DNA of 64,000 bases. It comes from an uncultured Acidimicrobiales bacterium (GTDB lineage: Bacteria > Actinomycetota > Acidimicrobiia > Acidimicrobiales > SHLQ01). This document shows positions 37,729 to 46,708 of this stretch, piece after piece. Position 1 is the first letter of the stretch; each line of letters begins with the position of its first letter. The notes below the pieces were generated by a model that was not told the DNA's origin, made no database searches, and saw nothing but the letters and a program-made list of their open reading frames with translations. The position numbers were made by a program, and so were the translations under genes. The stretch spans positions 10,820 to 74,819 of the forward strand of contig CAYVHV010000006.1 in NCBI GenBank assembly GCA_964451305.1, given 5' to 3'.

Positions 37729-38453
37729 GGCGCCGTGGCCGTGACGGCGAATACAGCGCGGGTCTCGCCGGAATCGTCGTCGATGAGATGAAGGGATCGT
37801 CCTTCTGACGAGGTGACCGCAGTGAGGCGGTCGCCCGCCCGACATGGCGTTCGCCATTCGAGCTCGAGGCTGCACGGTCCGTCGAGATCGAGGAACTCCT
37901 CGGCCGCAGCGAGGTACGCGGTGTTGTTGACGTGCCCGAAGGCATCGCTGTCCGTTACTCGGAATGACCATGGTGCCGAGTGAAGAACGTCGGCGGGATT
38001 GGGGGACTTTGGGAGTCGCAGGCGAGCATCGACCCGCCGTCCATCCGTCGCCGGCAAATAGGTGGACGCGAACTCGTCGCCCCACGGAATTGGCTTGCCG
38101 GTTTCTGGATCGAGGTGAATCCAGATGGTCACTCCGTCGATAACCGCTCCCGATGCGCCCGAGATGGAAGTCCGGCGTTCCGCCCAGCGGCGCCCGGTTC
38201 CCGAACACCACGTCGAGAGCGTCAGGTCTTCTCGTGATTGCGCTGGGGTATCGACGGTGATGAGTGCTCGACGGGCGACCCATGCCAAGCCGAGGTCACC
38301 AAATTCTGCGTCGTCGGTATCGTCGTTGCCGATGTCTTGAAGAAACCGGGCAATCGCATCGAACTGCATCTTTCCCGCTGGTGAACAGTCGTCGATCGAG
38401 ACTCGGCGGGTGCCGGTGAATACTCGTCCCGTCGATGGTTCCGGTAGTAACAT
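37725..38453 (-). CDS. acyl-ACP thioesterase-like (double hotdog) protein
   Basis: FDAIARFLQDIGNDD...LAWVARR and a second half with DSDAFGHVNNTAYL. The start is uncertain. The track ORF extends to 38612. Confidence 0.6.
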   Translation of the reverse strand: MLLPEPSTGRVFTGTRRVSIDDCSPAGKMQFDAIARFLQDIGNDDTDDAEFGDLGLAWVARRALITVDTPAQSREDLTLSTWCSGTGRRWAERRTSISGASGAVIDGVTIWIHLDPETGKPIPWGDEFASTYLPATDGRRVDARLRLPKSPNPADVLHSAPWSFRVTDSDAFGHVNNTAYLAAAEEFLDLDGPCSLELEWRTPCRAGDRLTAVTSSEGRSLHLIDDDSGETRAVFAVTATAP

Positions 38454-38681
38454 GCTGGCGCCCGGACTGGTGTCGGAAGGGGACGGATCCGGGCTCGTAG
38501 CGTTCACGCTCGTGAATGTAGCCAAAACCGGCCCGAAACCCAGTTGTTCATACATGTAAGAAGAACGCGAACAATGCGTGGTACTAGCAAACCCTTGGAA
38601 TGTCTGCTGCAAGAATAAGTGTTAATGCTGTATCCCCCGAAATCCGATCACTAACAACGACGGAAAAACAAGGACTCTCAG

Positions 38682-39263
38682 ATGTCGCACTCAACTTCAA
38701 CGACCAAGACGAGCAAGCTCTCTCGGCTCGCAGCGCTCCTCTTTGTTATGGCGCTCATCGCTGCAGCGTGCGGCGGAGGTTCCGAGACGATCAGCCTCGG
38801 TGACGACGGTCTGGCCGCACCGGCGCCCGACGGTGACGTCGAGCTGGCAGAGTTGGCCGACCGTGTCGACTTCAACTATGAGAGTTTCGACGGCGAGCAG
38901 CTTTCGCTCTCCGGTCTCGGTGATCGCCCTGTGGTCCTGAACTTCTTTGCATCATGGTGCCCAACCTGCATTGCTGAGCTTCCCGACTTTGAGCGGGTGA
39001 GCCAAACATTCGCCGATGACGTCCAGTTCCTCGGCCTGTCCGTACAGGATCAGCCCGATCTGTCGCTCCAGCTTCTCGCAGAGACCGGCGTGACCTTCCC
39101 AACCGGTCTCGACACACCGGGCGACATCTTCTCGGCCTTCGGCGGCCTCGGTATGCCAACGACCGTCTTTATTACCGCCGACGGCGAAGTCGCTAACGTC
39201 CACACCGGAGTTCTCACCGAAGAGTCGCTCACCGACGCGATCCTCGAAGATCTTCTGCCATAA
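38682..39263 (+). CDS. TlpA/ResA-type thiol-disulfide oxidoreductase lipoprotein
   Basis: Lipobox LIAAAC and a thioredoxin motif VVLNFFASWCPTCIAELP. Confidence 0.85.
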   Translation: MSHSTSTTKTSKLSRLAALLFVMALIAAACGGGSETISLGDDGLAAPAPDGDVELAELADRVDFNYESFDGEQLSLSGLGDRPVVLNFFASWCPTCIAELPDFERVSQTFADDVQFLGLSVQDQPDLSLQLLAETGVTFPTGLDTPGDIFSAFGGLGMPTTVFITADGEVANVHTGVLTEESLTDAILEDLLP

Positions 39264-39310
39264 CCGTCCGCCTACCGCTTGAACTATCGAACTATCTCTG
39301 AGGAACCATC

Positions 39311-40240
39311 GTGATCGATTTACCACAATGGATTGTCTTTCCATTCGCTGCTGGCCTCATCGCTGCCTTCAACCCGTGTGGGTTTGCGATGTTGCCGACG
39401 TACCTGACCTACTTCCTCGGTCTCGACGATGGAGATGAGAACCCGTCGCTGTCGAAGGGCCTCGTACGAGGCGCCAAGGTCGGGCTCGCGCTGAGCCTCG
39501 GCTTTGTCACCGTCTTTGGCATCTTCGGTGTCTTGTTCGAACTCGTGCTTAGCGGTGGTGCTCGTGGAGCGGTCCAGAACTCGCTATGGATCGTGACTCT
39601 CGGTTCGGGTGTCCTCGTCCTCGTTCTCGGCATTGCGATGCTGCGTGGCTTCCAGCCGGTTCTGAACCTGCCGAAGGCAAACATGGGTACGAGCAGCCGT
39701 GAGACTGGCTCGATGTACCTCTTCGGTGTGAGCTACGGCCTCGTGTCACTCGGCTGCACGATCGGTCCATTCCTCATCGCTGTTACCGGTTCCGTCGCTA
39801 ACGCCGACACGCCAGGTGCATCGATTTGGGCGTTTCTCGCATACGCCGTCGGCATGGCTTCGGTCATCTTGTTCTTGACGATGGCACTCGCCGCTGGCCG
39901 AAACAGCGTCGCCAACAAGATGCGCTCACTGTTGCCAAAGATCAACAAGGTCTCGGGGGGATTGCTCGTCGTTGCCGGCATCTACTTGGTGTTCTACGGC
40001 AACTTCCAGCGTGACCCGATCAACAACAGCAACTTCGTCATCGAGGGCGTCGAGGAAGTTCAGGCATCGGTTGCCAACCTCTTCACCGGCAACCCCGGCA
40101 CCATTGGCTTGGGCATGCTTGCGATCGTCGGCATCCTCTTGGTCGCAGCCAAGGTCCGAAAGGGATCGAAGGTCGAGCCTGCCGAGTCGGCGCCAACCAC
40201 CACCCCAGCAGCCAACGCTGAGGAGCTCGCAGACGCCTAA
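39311..40240 (+). CDS. ccdA: cytochrome c biogenesis protein CcdA (DsbD transmembrane-domain family)
   Basis: FAAGLIAAFNPCGFAMLPTYL and a second Cys in VSLGCTIGP. Six or more TM helices. Confidence 0.85.
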   Translation: MIDLPQWIVFPFAAGLIAAFNPCGFAMLPTYLTYFLGLDDGDENPSLSKGLVRGAKVGLALSLGFVTVFGIFGVLFELVLSGGARGAVQNSLWIVTLGSGVLVLVLGIAMLRGFQPVLNLPKANMGTSSRETGSMYLFGVSYGLVSLGCTIGPFLIAVTGSVANADTPGASIWAFLAYAVGMASVILFLTMALAAGRNSVANKMRSLLPKINKVSGGLLVVAGIYLVFYGNFQRDPINNSNFVIEGVEEVQASVANLFTGNPGTIGLGMLAIVGILLVAAKVRKGSKVEPAESAPTTTPAANAEELADA

Positions 40241-40313
40241 GGCGAGCGAACAAAACTCTTCTGTACAACTCCCCATCGCACCCACGGGTTGCGGTGGGGA
40301 GTTCGTCGTTTAG

Positions 40314-40895
40314 CTACGGCTGAGCTGTGTGCTCGCTCTGGTCTGTCTGCTCGATCTGCATGGCGGGCAGAAATACGGCTTGACGGTAGTAGACGAGCTC
40401 ATCGATTGATTCACGAATGTCATCGAGCGCGCGGTGGCTCAAGCCCTTTTCTGGAGCTGCAGCGAGGACTCCCGGGTACCAACGACGCGTCAGTTCCTTG
40501 ATCGTCGACACGTCGACCGAGCGGTAGTGCAGGAACTCTTCGATCTCGGACGCGTACCGTGCGAGGAACCGACGGTCGGTGCCGATGGAATTACCGCAGA
40601 GCGGCACGGTTCGCTCTTCGGAAATGTGTTCCTTGAGGAATGCCATCGTTTCGGCGATTGCATCGTCCAGGCTGACCGTCGACGCTTCGATCTGGGCAAG
40701 GAGGCCGGACTTTATGTGCATCTTTCGCACGAAGTCATCCATCTCGGCCATTGCTTCTTCGGGTTGATGGATCACCAGGTCAGGGCCGACTGCAATGATC
40801 TCGAGATCGTCGTTTGTGAGGATTGTCGCGATCTCGACGATCACGTGACGATCGGGGTCGAGGCCGGTCATTTCGAGATCCATCCAAGCGAGCAT
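40314..40895 (-). CDS. orn: oligoribonuclease
   Basis: LAWMDLEMTGLDP DEDD exonuclease motif I, LCGNSIGTDRRFL, and HRALDDIRESI. Confidence 0.9.
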   Translation of the reverse strand: MLAWMDLEMTGLDPDRHVIVEIATILTNDDLEIIAVGPDLVIHQPEEAMAEMDDFVRKMHIKSGLLAQIEASTVSLDDAIAETMAFLKEHISEERTVPLCGNSIGTDRRFLARYASEIEEFLHYRSVDVSTIKELTRRWYPGVLAAAPEKGLSHRALDDIRESIDELVYYRQAVFLPAMQIEQTDQSEHTAQP

Positions 40896-40937
40896 CGGGC
40901 TAGGTTAGCCAGCGGTCATGGTCCTAAGGTTCTTTCC

Positions 40938-41393
40938 GTGCTCAAGATTCCACTGAAACGACTCGATTCCGATCTCGCGGCCCCGAAGTACGCGACCGAG
41001 GGCGATGCAGGCGCCGATCTGGTAGCTGCCGAGGCGGTCACCTTGCCACCGGGGGGAGGGCGTGCGCTCGTCTCGACCGGTATGGCCATCGCAATTCCGC
41101 TGGGTTATGCCGGGTTCATCCAACCGCGCTCAGGTCTTGCCTACCGCAATGGCGTTACCTGCCTCAACACGCCTGGCTTGATCGATTCTGGCTATCGAGG
41201 TGAGCTCAAGGTGCTTCTGGTGAACACCGATCCGACCGAGCCATTCGAGATCTCCCGTGGCGACCGAATTGCGCAACTCGTAATCCAGCGTGTCGAGCAT
41301 GCCGAATTCGTTGATGTCGATGAACTCCCGGCAGATTCGGTTCGCGGCGAGGGTGGCTTTGGGTCGACCGGCGTCGCGAGCTCCGGCGAGTAG
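40938..41393 (+). CDS. dut: dUTP diphosphatase
   Basis: ATEGDAGADL, IQPRSGLA, GLIDSGYRGEL and RGEGGFGSTG motifs. GTG 40938 chosen as the start because the long track ORF from 40434 is antisense to orn. Confidence 0.9.
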   Translation: MLKIPLKRLDSDLAAPKYATEGDAGADLVAAEAVTLPPGGGRALVSTGMAIAIPLGYAGFIQPRSGLAYRNGVTCLNTPGLIDSGYRGELKVLLVNTDPTEPFEISRGDRIAQLVIQRVEHAEFVDVDELPADSVRGEGGFGSTGVASSGE

Positions 41394-41416
41394 ATGGTTC
41401 TGGCGGCTGGCCAGCC

Positions 41417-41827
41417 CTATTTCTTCAGCAACTTCGAGAATTGGACGACGCCCTGCTCGGGGTCGGCTTCGAACCGATCGGTGAGATCTGCGAGGACCAC
41501 CTCGAAGCCAAGTTTGGACTCCGCTGTTGCGAGCATGGTGCTATTCGGTGTTCGGGCCACCATGACGACGAGTAACTCGTGGGCGTCAACTTCGAAGGTC
41601 ACGTCCACCGAACCGTCATGGTCGTGTTCGCCGAGTAGCAGCGCGAAGCTCTCGTCGACGGCGAGTCGGAGATCATCGATTGCACGAACCGAAAGCCCGC
41701 GTCGTCGAGCGATCGAGGCAACCGCGATGCGAACGAGGCGCACGAAACGAATCGCTGCTGGGATCGTCAAGGAGATGACGTCAGAATCGCTCGTCTCCGA
41801 GCTGGTTTGTTCGGTCGCGATGCCCAT
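41417..41827 (-). CDS. hypothetical protein, weakly similar to anti-sigma regulatory factor (HATPase_c_2-like)
   Basis: [46 protein letters not shown] resembles the N-terminal half of RsbW/SpoIIAB-type proteins. I could not see ATP-lid motifs. Start set at MGIATEQ. Confidence 0.4.
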   Translation of the reverse strand: MGIATEQTSSETSDSDVISLTIPAAIRFVRLVRIAVASIARRRGLSVRAIDDLRLAVDESFALLLGEHDHDGSVDVTFEVDAHELLVVMVARTPNSTMLATAESKLGFEVVLADLTDRFEADPEQGVVQFSKLLKK

Positions 41828-41910
41828 TGCACCGAGTGTGCCAGCCAGCGCTCCGAAAGCGGATGATCCCCGCAGGTCATTGCTTTCACAACAACGGCTC
41901 AGGGGTGGTT

Positions 41911-42462
41911 GTGGCGATTCTTGTCGATGAGGCGCGGTGGCCATGGCGCGGGACGTTGTGGTGCCATCTAGTGTCCGACTCGAACTTGGCTGAGCTCCAT
42001 ATGTTCGCGGGCGAACTCGGGGCGCGCCGTGTGGGTTTCCAAGGAGATCACTACGACATCGATATCGATACGCGAGCGATCGCTATCGCGAACGGCGCAA
42101 CACCGTGCGAAAGTCGAGAGCTGATTCGGCGGATGCGGTCGGCAGGGCTTCGGCTCCGCCCGTCCGCGTTCACCAAGTGGGAATTGGTCCGTCGCAGCGA
42201 TGAAGATGACGGTGAACCCGTGGACGTCCTGGCCGACCCTGTACTGACGCAGTTCCTAGACCGGATGGACGGATGGTTCGTGCTTTCACGCCTTCGGTCT
42301 ACTGGCGAACGAGCGACGGGCGTGGTTGTTATGGGCAATTCAGCCGACGGTGAGGTGGTGCTTCCCGAGGACGACCCTGAGGTTGGCTTGTACTCCCGCG
42401 TTGATCATCTCGGCAACTGGTCGGTCGAACGGATCACTCCGGCCCCGACCGATAGCGAGTAA
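41911..42462 (+). CDS. DUF4031-like protein with a C-terminal extension
   Basis: ILVDEARWPWRGTLWCHLVSDSNLAELHMFAGELGARRVGFQGDHYDIDIDTRAIAIANGA. GTG start at 41911. Confidence 0.65.
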   Translation: MAILVDEARWPWRGTLWCHLVSDSNLAELHMFAGELGARRVGFQGDHYDIDIDTRAIAIANGATPCESRELIRRMRSAGLRLRPSAFTKWELVRRSDEDDGEPVDVLADPVLTQFLDRMDGWFVLSRLRSTGERATGVVVMGNSADGEVVLPEDDPEVGLYSRVDHLGNWSVERITPAPTDSE

Positions 42463-42529
42463 GGACCTGGCGAGAAGCTCTCGGCTCGATGTCAAAGTTG
42501 TGTGATTCGCGCCCTAGGCTCGTTGCGCT

Positions 42530-43096
42530 ATGAAACCAATACTGCGGGCGGCCGCTTTTTGCTTCATGTGTGGACTTGTCGCGTCCGCATGCTCCTCAGC
42601 AGTCTCTGAGGCTGCTCCGGCGACGACGACAACGACCGCGCCGGTCACCACGACAACCGAATCGCTCCCGCTCGAAGTTGTGACGACCATTCGCCGCGTG
42701 CCGGCGGACGAGCTTGGATCGTCGGGGTATGTCACGGTGGGCGGCACACAGTACGACTTTGCCTTCGAGTGCTTTGCCGCAGGAGCCGGTGACATCTTGG
42801 CGCTCGGCGTCGGCGAGGTGCCTGGCAGCGAGGTATCTACTCAGGCTGTCGTCCAAGCCTTCTTTGGTCAGCCGTACGTGTCGGTCCTCATCGGCAACGA
42901 GCAGTTCATCGAGCTCGCTATCGACGCTCCGGCGGAACTGTTTGTGCAGTCCGGTGAGGTGCGAGGCAGTGCGCTGCGTTTTGTCGACTCGACAGAAGAC
43001 GCAGGCGTTGGCCCATCGCTTGGGCTGGGAAGGCTCAACGTTTCATGCGACAGCTTCGCGCCTGGTCTACCCGATCAGTATCAAGCAGCGAGTTGA
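42530..43096 (+). CDS. hypothetical lipoprotein
   Basis: Lipobox GLVASAC followed by a Thr-rich linker (ATTTTTAPVTTTTE). Confidence 0.6.
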   Translation: MKPILRAAAFCFMCGLVASACSSAVSEAAPATTTTTAPVTTTTESLPLEVVTTIRRVPADELGSSGYVTVGGTQYDFAFECFAAGAGDILALGVGEVPGSEVSTQAVVQAFFGQPYVSVLIGNEQFIELAIDAPAELFVQSGEVRGSALRFVDSTEDAGVGPSLGLGRLNVSCDSFAPGLPDQYQAAS

Positions 43097-43124
43097 GCAG
43101 CGGCGCTCGAGCCGCACGCGCACG

Positions 43125-44294
43125 TTAGTTTTCCGCGGCGTCCATCGCTTCGAGGTTCGCAAGCGCCTGATCGATGATTCGCGTCGAACAGCCCGCCATG
43201 TCGACCGGTGGGATCAGCTCGTTGATCACGTCGTGGGCAACCGCACGTAGCGCGTCGGCTGCTGCACCGGTACCGAGGACGGCCGGGATGCCGGTGTCGC
43301 CACCGTCGACGACCGAGCGGTCGAGAGGAATCCTGCCGATGAGCGGGGAGTCGATCTGCGCGGCGAGGTCTTCGCCACCGCCAACGCCGAACACCTCGTG
43401 AGTCTTACCGTCCTCATCGACAAAGGCGCTCATGTTCTCGATGACGCCCGCGATACGGAGGTAGTTGTTGCGTCCCATATTCGCAACGCGAACGGCGACG
43501 GTTTGGGCGAGCTTCGATGGTGTGGTCACGACGAGCATCTCCGCGTGGGGCAGCATCTTGGCTAGACCCATCTGAACGTCGCCCGTGCCAGGCGGCATGT
43601 CGATAAAGAGGTAGTCGAGCTTTCCCCACTCGACATCTTGGAGGAAGTGCTGGACGGCTCGGTTGAGCATCAGTCCACGCCACATGAGCGCGGTGTCTTC
43701 GCTGTCGACGAGAAACCCCATCGACACGACTTCGAGTTCTCCAGCCCCCATCGAGGTCACATGCGGGGAAATCTTGCCCGAATCGACCGAGCCTTCGAGG
43801 CGGCCCTCGACGCCGAGCAGGCGGGGGATCGAGTATCCCCAGATGTCAGCATCGAGTACGCCCACGCGAAAGCCTTGGATCGCGACCGCAGCGGCAAGGT
43901 TGGCCGTCACCGACGACTTGCCAACTCCACCTTTACCGCTCGCGATCAACACGCAGCGAGTGGTCGACGGAACGGAGGTATCGGGAGCGTTTTGACTCAC
44001 GTTGAAGCGGGCGACCTTCATGACCTCGGCCTTTTCGGCTTGGTCGAGTTCGGTCCAATTGATCTTCACCTTCTCGACGCCGGGGAGGCTCAGAAGGCGA
44101 GCCTTCACGTCTTTTTGGATCTGCGAACGCAACGGGCAACCCGATGTGGTGAGCGCGATCGTGATCCGAGCGGTGGAGTCGTCCATCTTTGCGGACTTGG
44201 CCATGCCGAGTTCCACAATGTTCGAGCCGAGCTCGGGGTCGATGACGCCCGAGAGGACCCCCATGAGATCTTCGGTCGTGGGTTGCTCAGCCAT
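43125..44294 (-). CDS. Mrp/ApbC-family Fe-S cluster carrier ATPase with an N-terminal DUF59 domain
   Basis: DPELGSNIVELGM (DUF59) and IASGKGGVGKSSVTANLA (deviant Walker A). Confidence 0.9.
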   Translation of the reverse strand: MAEQPTTEDLMGVLSGVIDPELGSNIVELGMAKSAKMDDSTARITIALTTSGCPLRSQIQKDVKARLLSLPGVEKVKINWTELDQAEKAEVMKVARFNVSQNAPDTSVPSTTRCVLIASGKGGVGKSSVTANLAAAVAIQGFRVGVLDADIWGYSIPRLLGVEGRLEGSVDSGKISPHVTSMGAGELEVVSMGFLVDSEDTALMWRGLMLNRAVQHFLQDVEWGKLDYLFIDMPPGTGDVQMGLAKMLPHAEMLVVTTPSKLAQTVAVRVANMGRNNYLRIAGVIENMSAFVDEDGKTHEVFGVGGGEDLAAQIDSPLIGRIPLDRSVVDGGDTGIPAVLGTGAAADALRAVAHDVINELIPPVDMAGCSTRIIDQALANLEAMDAAEN

Positions 44295-44433
44295 ATCTTC
44301 AGCCTATCGGCCCGAATTGCTTGAATTATCAGTGGTTTTCAGCCGAAAGTGCCGAAGGACGATACGGTGCGGCCTCGATCGTTGCGTCTTGTACAATGGA
44401 AAGCACTCGACTCGTATCTCCGGGAGCCAAATC

Positions 44434-44754
44434 ATGATCACTCTCACTGAAACCGCAACCTCCAAGGTCGGCGAACTCATCACTGCTGAAGGTGAAGAAG
44501 GGCTCGCGCTCCGCGTTGCTGTGCGTCCGGGCGGCTGCTCAGGATTCAGTTACGAGATGTTCTTCGATTCCGAGTTCAACGATGATGACAAGGTCCAGGA
44601 GTATGGCGACGTCCGTCTGGTTTGCGATGAGGCATCGGCTGGAATGCTCGAAGGCGCAACGCTTGACTACACCGAGTCGATCCAAGAGACCGGGTTCAAG
44701 ATCAACAACCCGAACGCGCAGCGCACTTGCGGCTGCGGCTCGTCCTTCTCCTAG
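44434..44754 (+). CDS. erpA: iron-sulfur cluster insertion protein (HesB/IscA/ErpA family)
   Basis: LRVAVRPGGCSGFSY and C-terminal CGCGSSFS. Start set at MITLTE. The longer track ORF is antisense to mrp. Confidence 0.9.
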   Translation: MITLTETATSKVGELITAEGEEGLALRVAVRPGGCSGFSYEMFFDSEFNDDDKVQEYGDVRLVCDEASAGMLEGATLDYTESIQETGFKINNPNAQRTCGCGSSFS

Positions 44755-44763
44755 ATCGAGGAG

Positions 44764-45627
44764 CTAGATCAGCGAGAGCAACTCTTCGGTTTCGGCACTG
44801 TCGAAGGCGAAGTGGCGAGCACCGAGAATCGTCGCGTCTGCATCCATAACGAACAGGGATGGCTCGAACGCGAGGTCCCAGTCGAGTAGGAGCGGCGCGA
44901 GCTCAGGGAGGATTCCGGTTTCGGTATCTCGACCGAAGTCCGCGTACACCTCTTGATGAATGATGTTGATGTCATCGCGGCCGGCCGCACCGTTGATCAA
45001 GTTCTCTAGTGATGGTCCGCACACGTCGGTCTGACAGAAGGCGGGCGTGGAGATGAGTAGTGCGGTTGCTCGACCGTTGCTCAACGCCTCGTTCAGCGTG
45101 ATCTCGTGGAACGGGCACGCTTCTCCGGGACGGGTGCAGATGGGGTTGACTCCACGAATGTCATCGAAGGTCGGTGTGTCGAACCCGGGCAAGGTCTCAC
45201 CGACTTGCCATAGCGTGGTGTCTTCACGTTCGACGACAACGAACTCGACATCGAACTCGCTGAAATCGGTTCGTGCGATATAACTACCGGCCGCAGGCGG
45301 GGTGAATGTGAGTGCGTAGTAGGGGTTGAACTGCCCGACACCGCTCGCTGGCACCGTCACGATTTCGAGTGTTTCGCCTTCGAAGATCACCTCGATATCG
45401 ATCGTTTCCGGGTTGTTGCTCACCATTGGTAGCCCGTCGTCGGCAACGATCACGAATGGAAAGCGCTGAGCACCGTGGCCGGTGACGGCGACGCTTGGAG
45501 CGCGGAAGCCATCGGGAAATCGAATGGCAAGTCGATCTGGACTTGGTCCGCTCGAGCCACATGCGGCGAGTGTTGCAGCGGCCGCGCTGCCCAAGAGGAA
45601 CGTGCGGCGATTGAACGCGATGGTCAT
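44764..45627 (-). CDS. Tat-signal lipoprotein with a C-terminal thioredoxin-like domain
   Basis: NRRTFLLGSAAAATLAAC (twin-arginine plus lipobox) and STPAFCQTDVCGP in the C-terminal domain. Confidence 0.6.
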   Translation of the reverse strand: MTIAFNRRTFLLGSAAAATLAACGSSGPSPDRLAIRFPDGFRAPSVAVTGHGAQRFPFVIVADDGLPMVSNNPETIDIEVIFEGETLEIVTVPASGVGQFNPYYALTFTPPAAGSYIARTDFSEFDVEFVVVEREDTTLWQVGETLPGFDTPTFDDIRGVNPICTRPGEACPFHEITLNEALSNGRATALLISTPAFCQTDVCGPSLENLINGAAGRDDINIIHQEVYADFGRDTETGILPELAPLLLDWDLAFEPSLFVMDADATILGARHFAFDSAETEELLSLI

Positions 45628-45729
45628 AGAGGAAACGGTATCTGGCTCGTCGAAGTCACCGGGCATGGAATGCTTCGGGCCACGAGAGTTTCGCGCGGTT
45701 CTTACCTTGGATGGATACCGCTTCGACGC

Positions 45730-46080
45730 CTAGACGACGGCGATTGCTTCGATCTCGACAAGACCGCCGAGAGGTAGTGCTGCGACAGCGAATGCCGCAC
45801 GTGCTGGCCGGTGGTCGCCGAAACTCTCGATGTACGCCGTGTTCATCTCGGCATAGTCATCGATCGACGCGAGCAAGACGGTCGTCTTGACGATGTTGTT
45901 GAGCGATGCGCCTTCGGAGTGCAGCAGGCCAGCCATGTTGGTCAGGGCTTGGCGAACTTGGGCATCGAGACCGTCGACGAGGGCGCCGTCGAGCAACCCG
46001 AGTTGGCCAGACACGTAGAGCGTGTCTCCGGTACGGACGATGGGCGTGTATGGACCAACAGGCTTTGTCATGGGCGGCAT
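45730..46080 (-). CDS. ridA: RidA/YjgF-family reactive-intermediate deaminase
   Basis: GPYTPIVRTGDTLYVSGQLGL...PARAAFAVAALPLGGLVEIEAIA. Confidence 0.85.
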   Translation of the reverse strand: MPPMTKPVGPYTPIVRTGDTLYVSGQLGLLDGALVDGLDAQVRQALTNMAGLLHSEGASLNNIVKTTVLLASIDDYAEMNTAYIESFGDHRPARAAFAVAALPLGGLVEIEAIAVV

Positions 46081-46102
46081 CGTATCGCGCTACGATGCGG
46101 CC

Positions 46103-46276
46103 ATGGTTGGTGTCATTCTTATCCTCATTGCGCTTCTGTTGTTCTTTCCCATCAGCATCATGATGAGCGGTGCTGGGCTTGCAGCGCTCATCGGTGGAGT
46201 CACGAAAGCATCGGTCGATAGTGAGTTCGCCGGTACCGAAGACCTCGAGATCTCCGAAGCGAATCCCTACACCTAA
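46103..46276 (+). CDS. possible small membrane protein (57 aa)
   Basis: One or two hydrophobic helices (VGVILILIALLLFFPISIMMSGAGLAALIGGV) and an acidic tail. The only support is an intact ORF in an otherwise empty gap. Confidence 0.3.
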   Translation: MVGVILILIALLLFFPISIMMSGAGLAALIGGVTKASVDSEFAGTEDLEISEANPYT

Positions 46277-46363
46277 CCCCCCGGTTGCTGTCCGCTCCAC
46301 CGATGGTGAGATCAGCAAGAGCTTGCTCGGGCATGGACCTGAGTCTGGTATTACCGTGAGTCC

Positions 46364-46708
46364 ATGGCACACGCGCTCCAGTTCGACCCCGATGATCCTG
46401 TCCTGAGGCAACTCCGAGCGATCTGCCCCGCATTGCCAAGCGCCGATGAGAAGGTGTCGCACGGTCGTCCGGCGTTCTTCACCAGGGAGAGCGACCTTGC
46501 TCGCCACCCGAACGTCGTTGGTACCCATCACGTCGGGGCATCGACCGCACAAGCACAAGCTGCGGTCGCTGCGGTTGCGTCGATGCACCTCAAGCACGAA
46601 CCATCGTCTGAGCTACTCGAGCAGCTCGAAGGTGACGGTGACATCCTCGCCGTCTCGCTCTCGGCGATTCCAGGTTCGCAGGAATTTACGCCCGGAACTC
46701 GCAGATAG
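46364..46708 (+). CDS. 114-aa chimeric-looking ORF: YjbR/MmcQ-like N-terminus joined to a 2-hydroxyacid-dehydrogenase-like C-terminus
   Basis: Residues 1-40 (FDPDDPVLRQLRAICPALPSADEKVSHGRPAFFT) look like a YjbR/MmcQ N-terminus. The following HPNVVGTHHVGASTAQAQAAVAAVA looks like the NV..TPH.G.ST.EAQ region of D-2-hydroxyacid dehydrogenases. Its stop abuts the DUF1015 start (TAGATG). Confidence 0.4.
   Translation: MAHALQFDPDDPVLRQLRAICPALPSADEKVSHGRPAFFTRESDLARHPNVVGTHHVGASTAQAQAAVAAVASMHLKHEPSSELLEQLEGDGDILAVSLSAIPGSQEFTPGTRR

Noticed and set aside
40434-41393. Long N-terminally extended track ORFs: 40434-41393 for dut, 36319-36957 for crcB, 44002-44754 for erpA, 55117-56331, 50671-52005, 59100-59888 and 49694-50716.
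   Set aside because: The extensions run antisense through neighbouring genes or through intergenic DNA, and they lack family similarity. Internal starts with RBS-like sequences give proteins of normal length.
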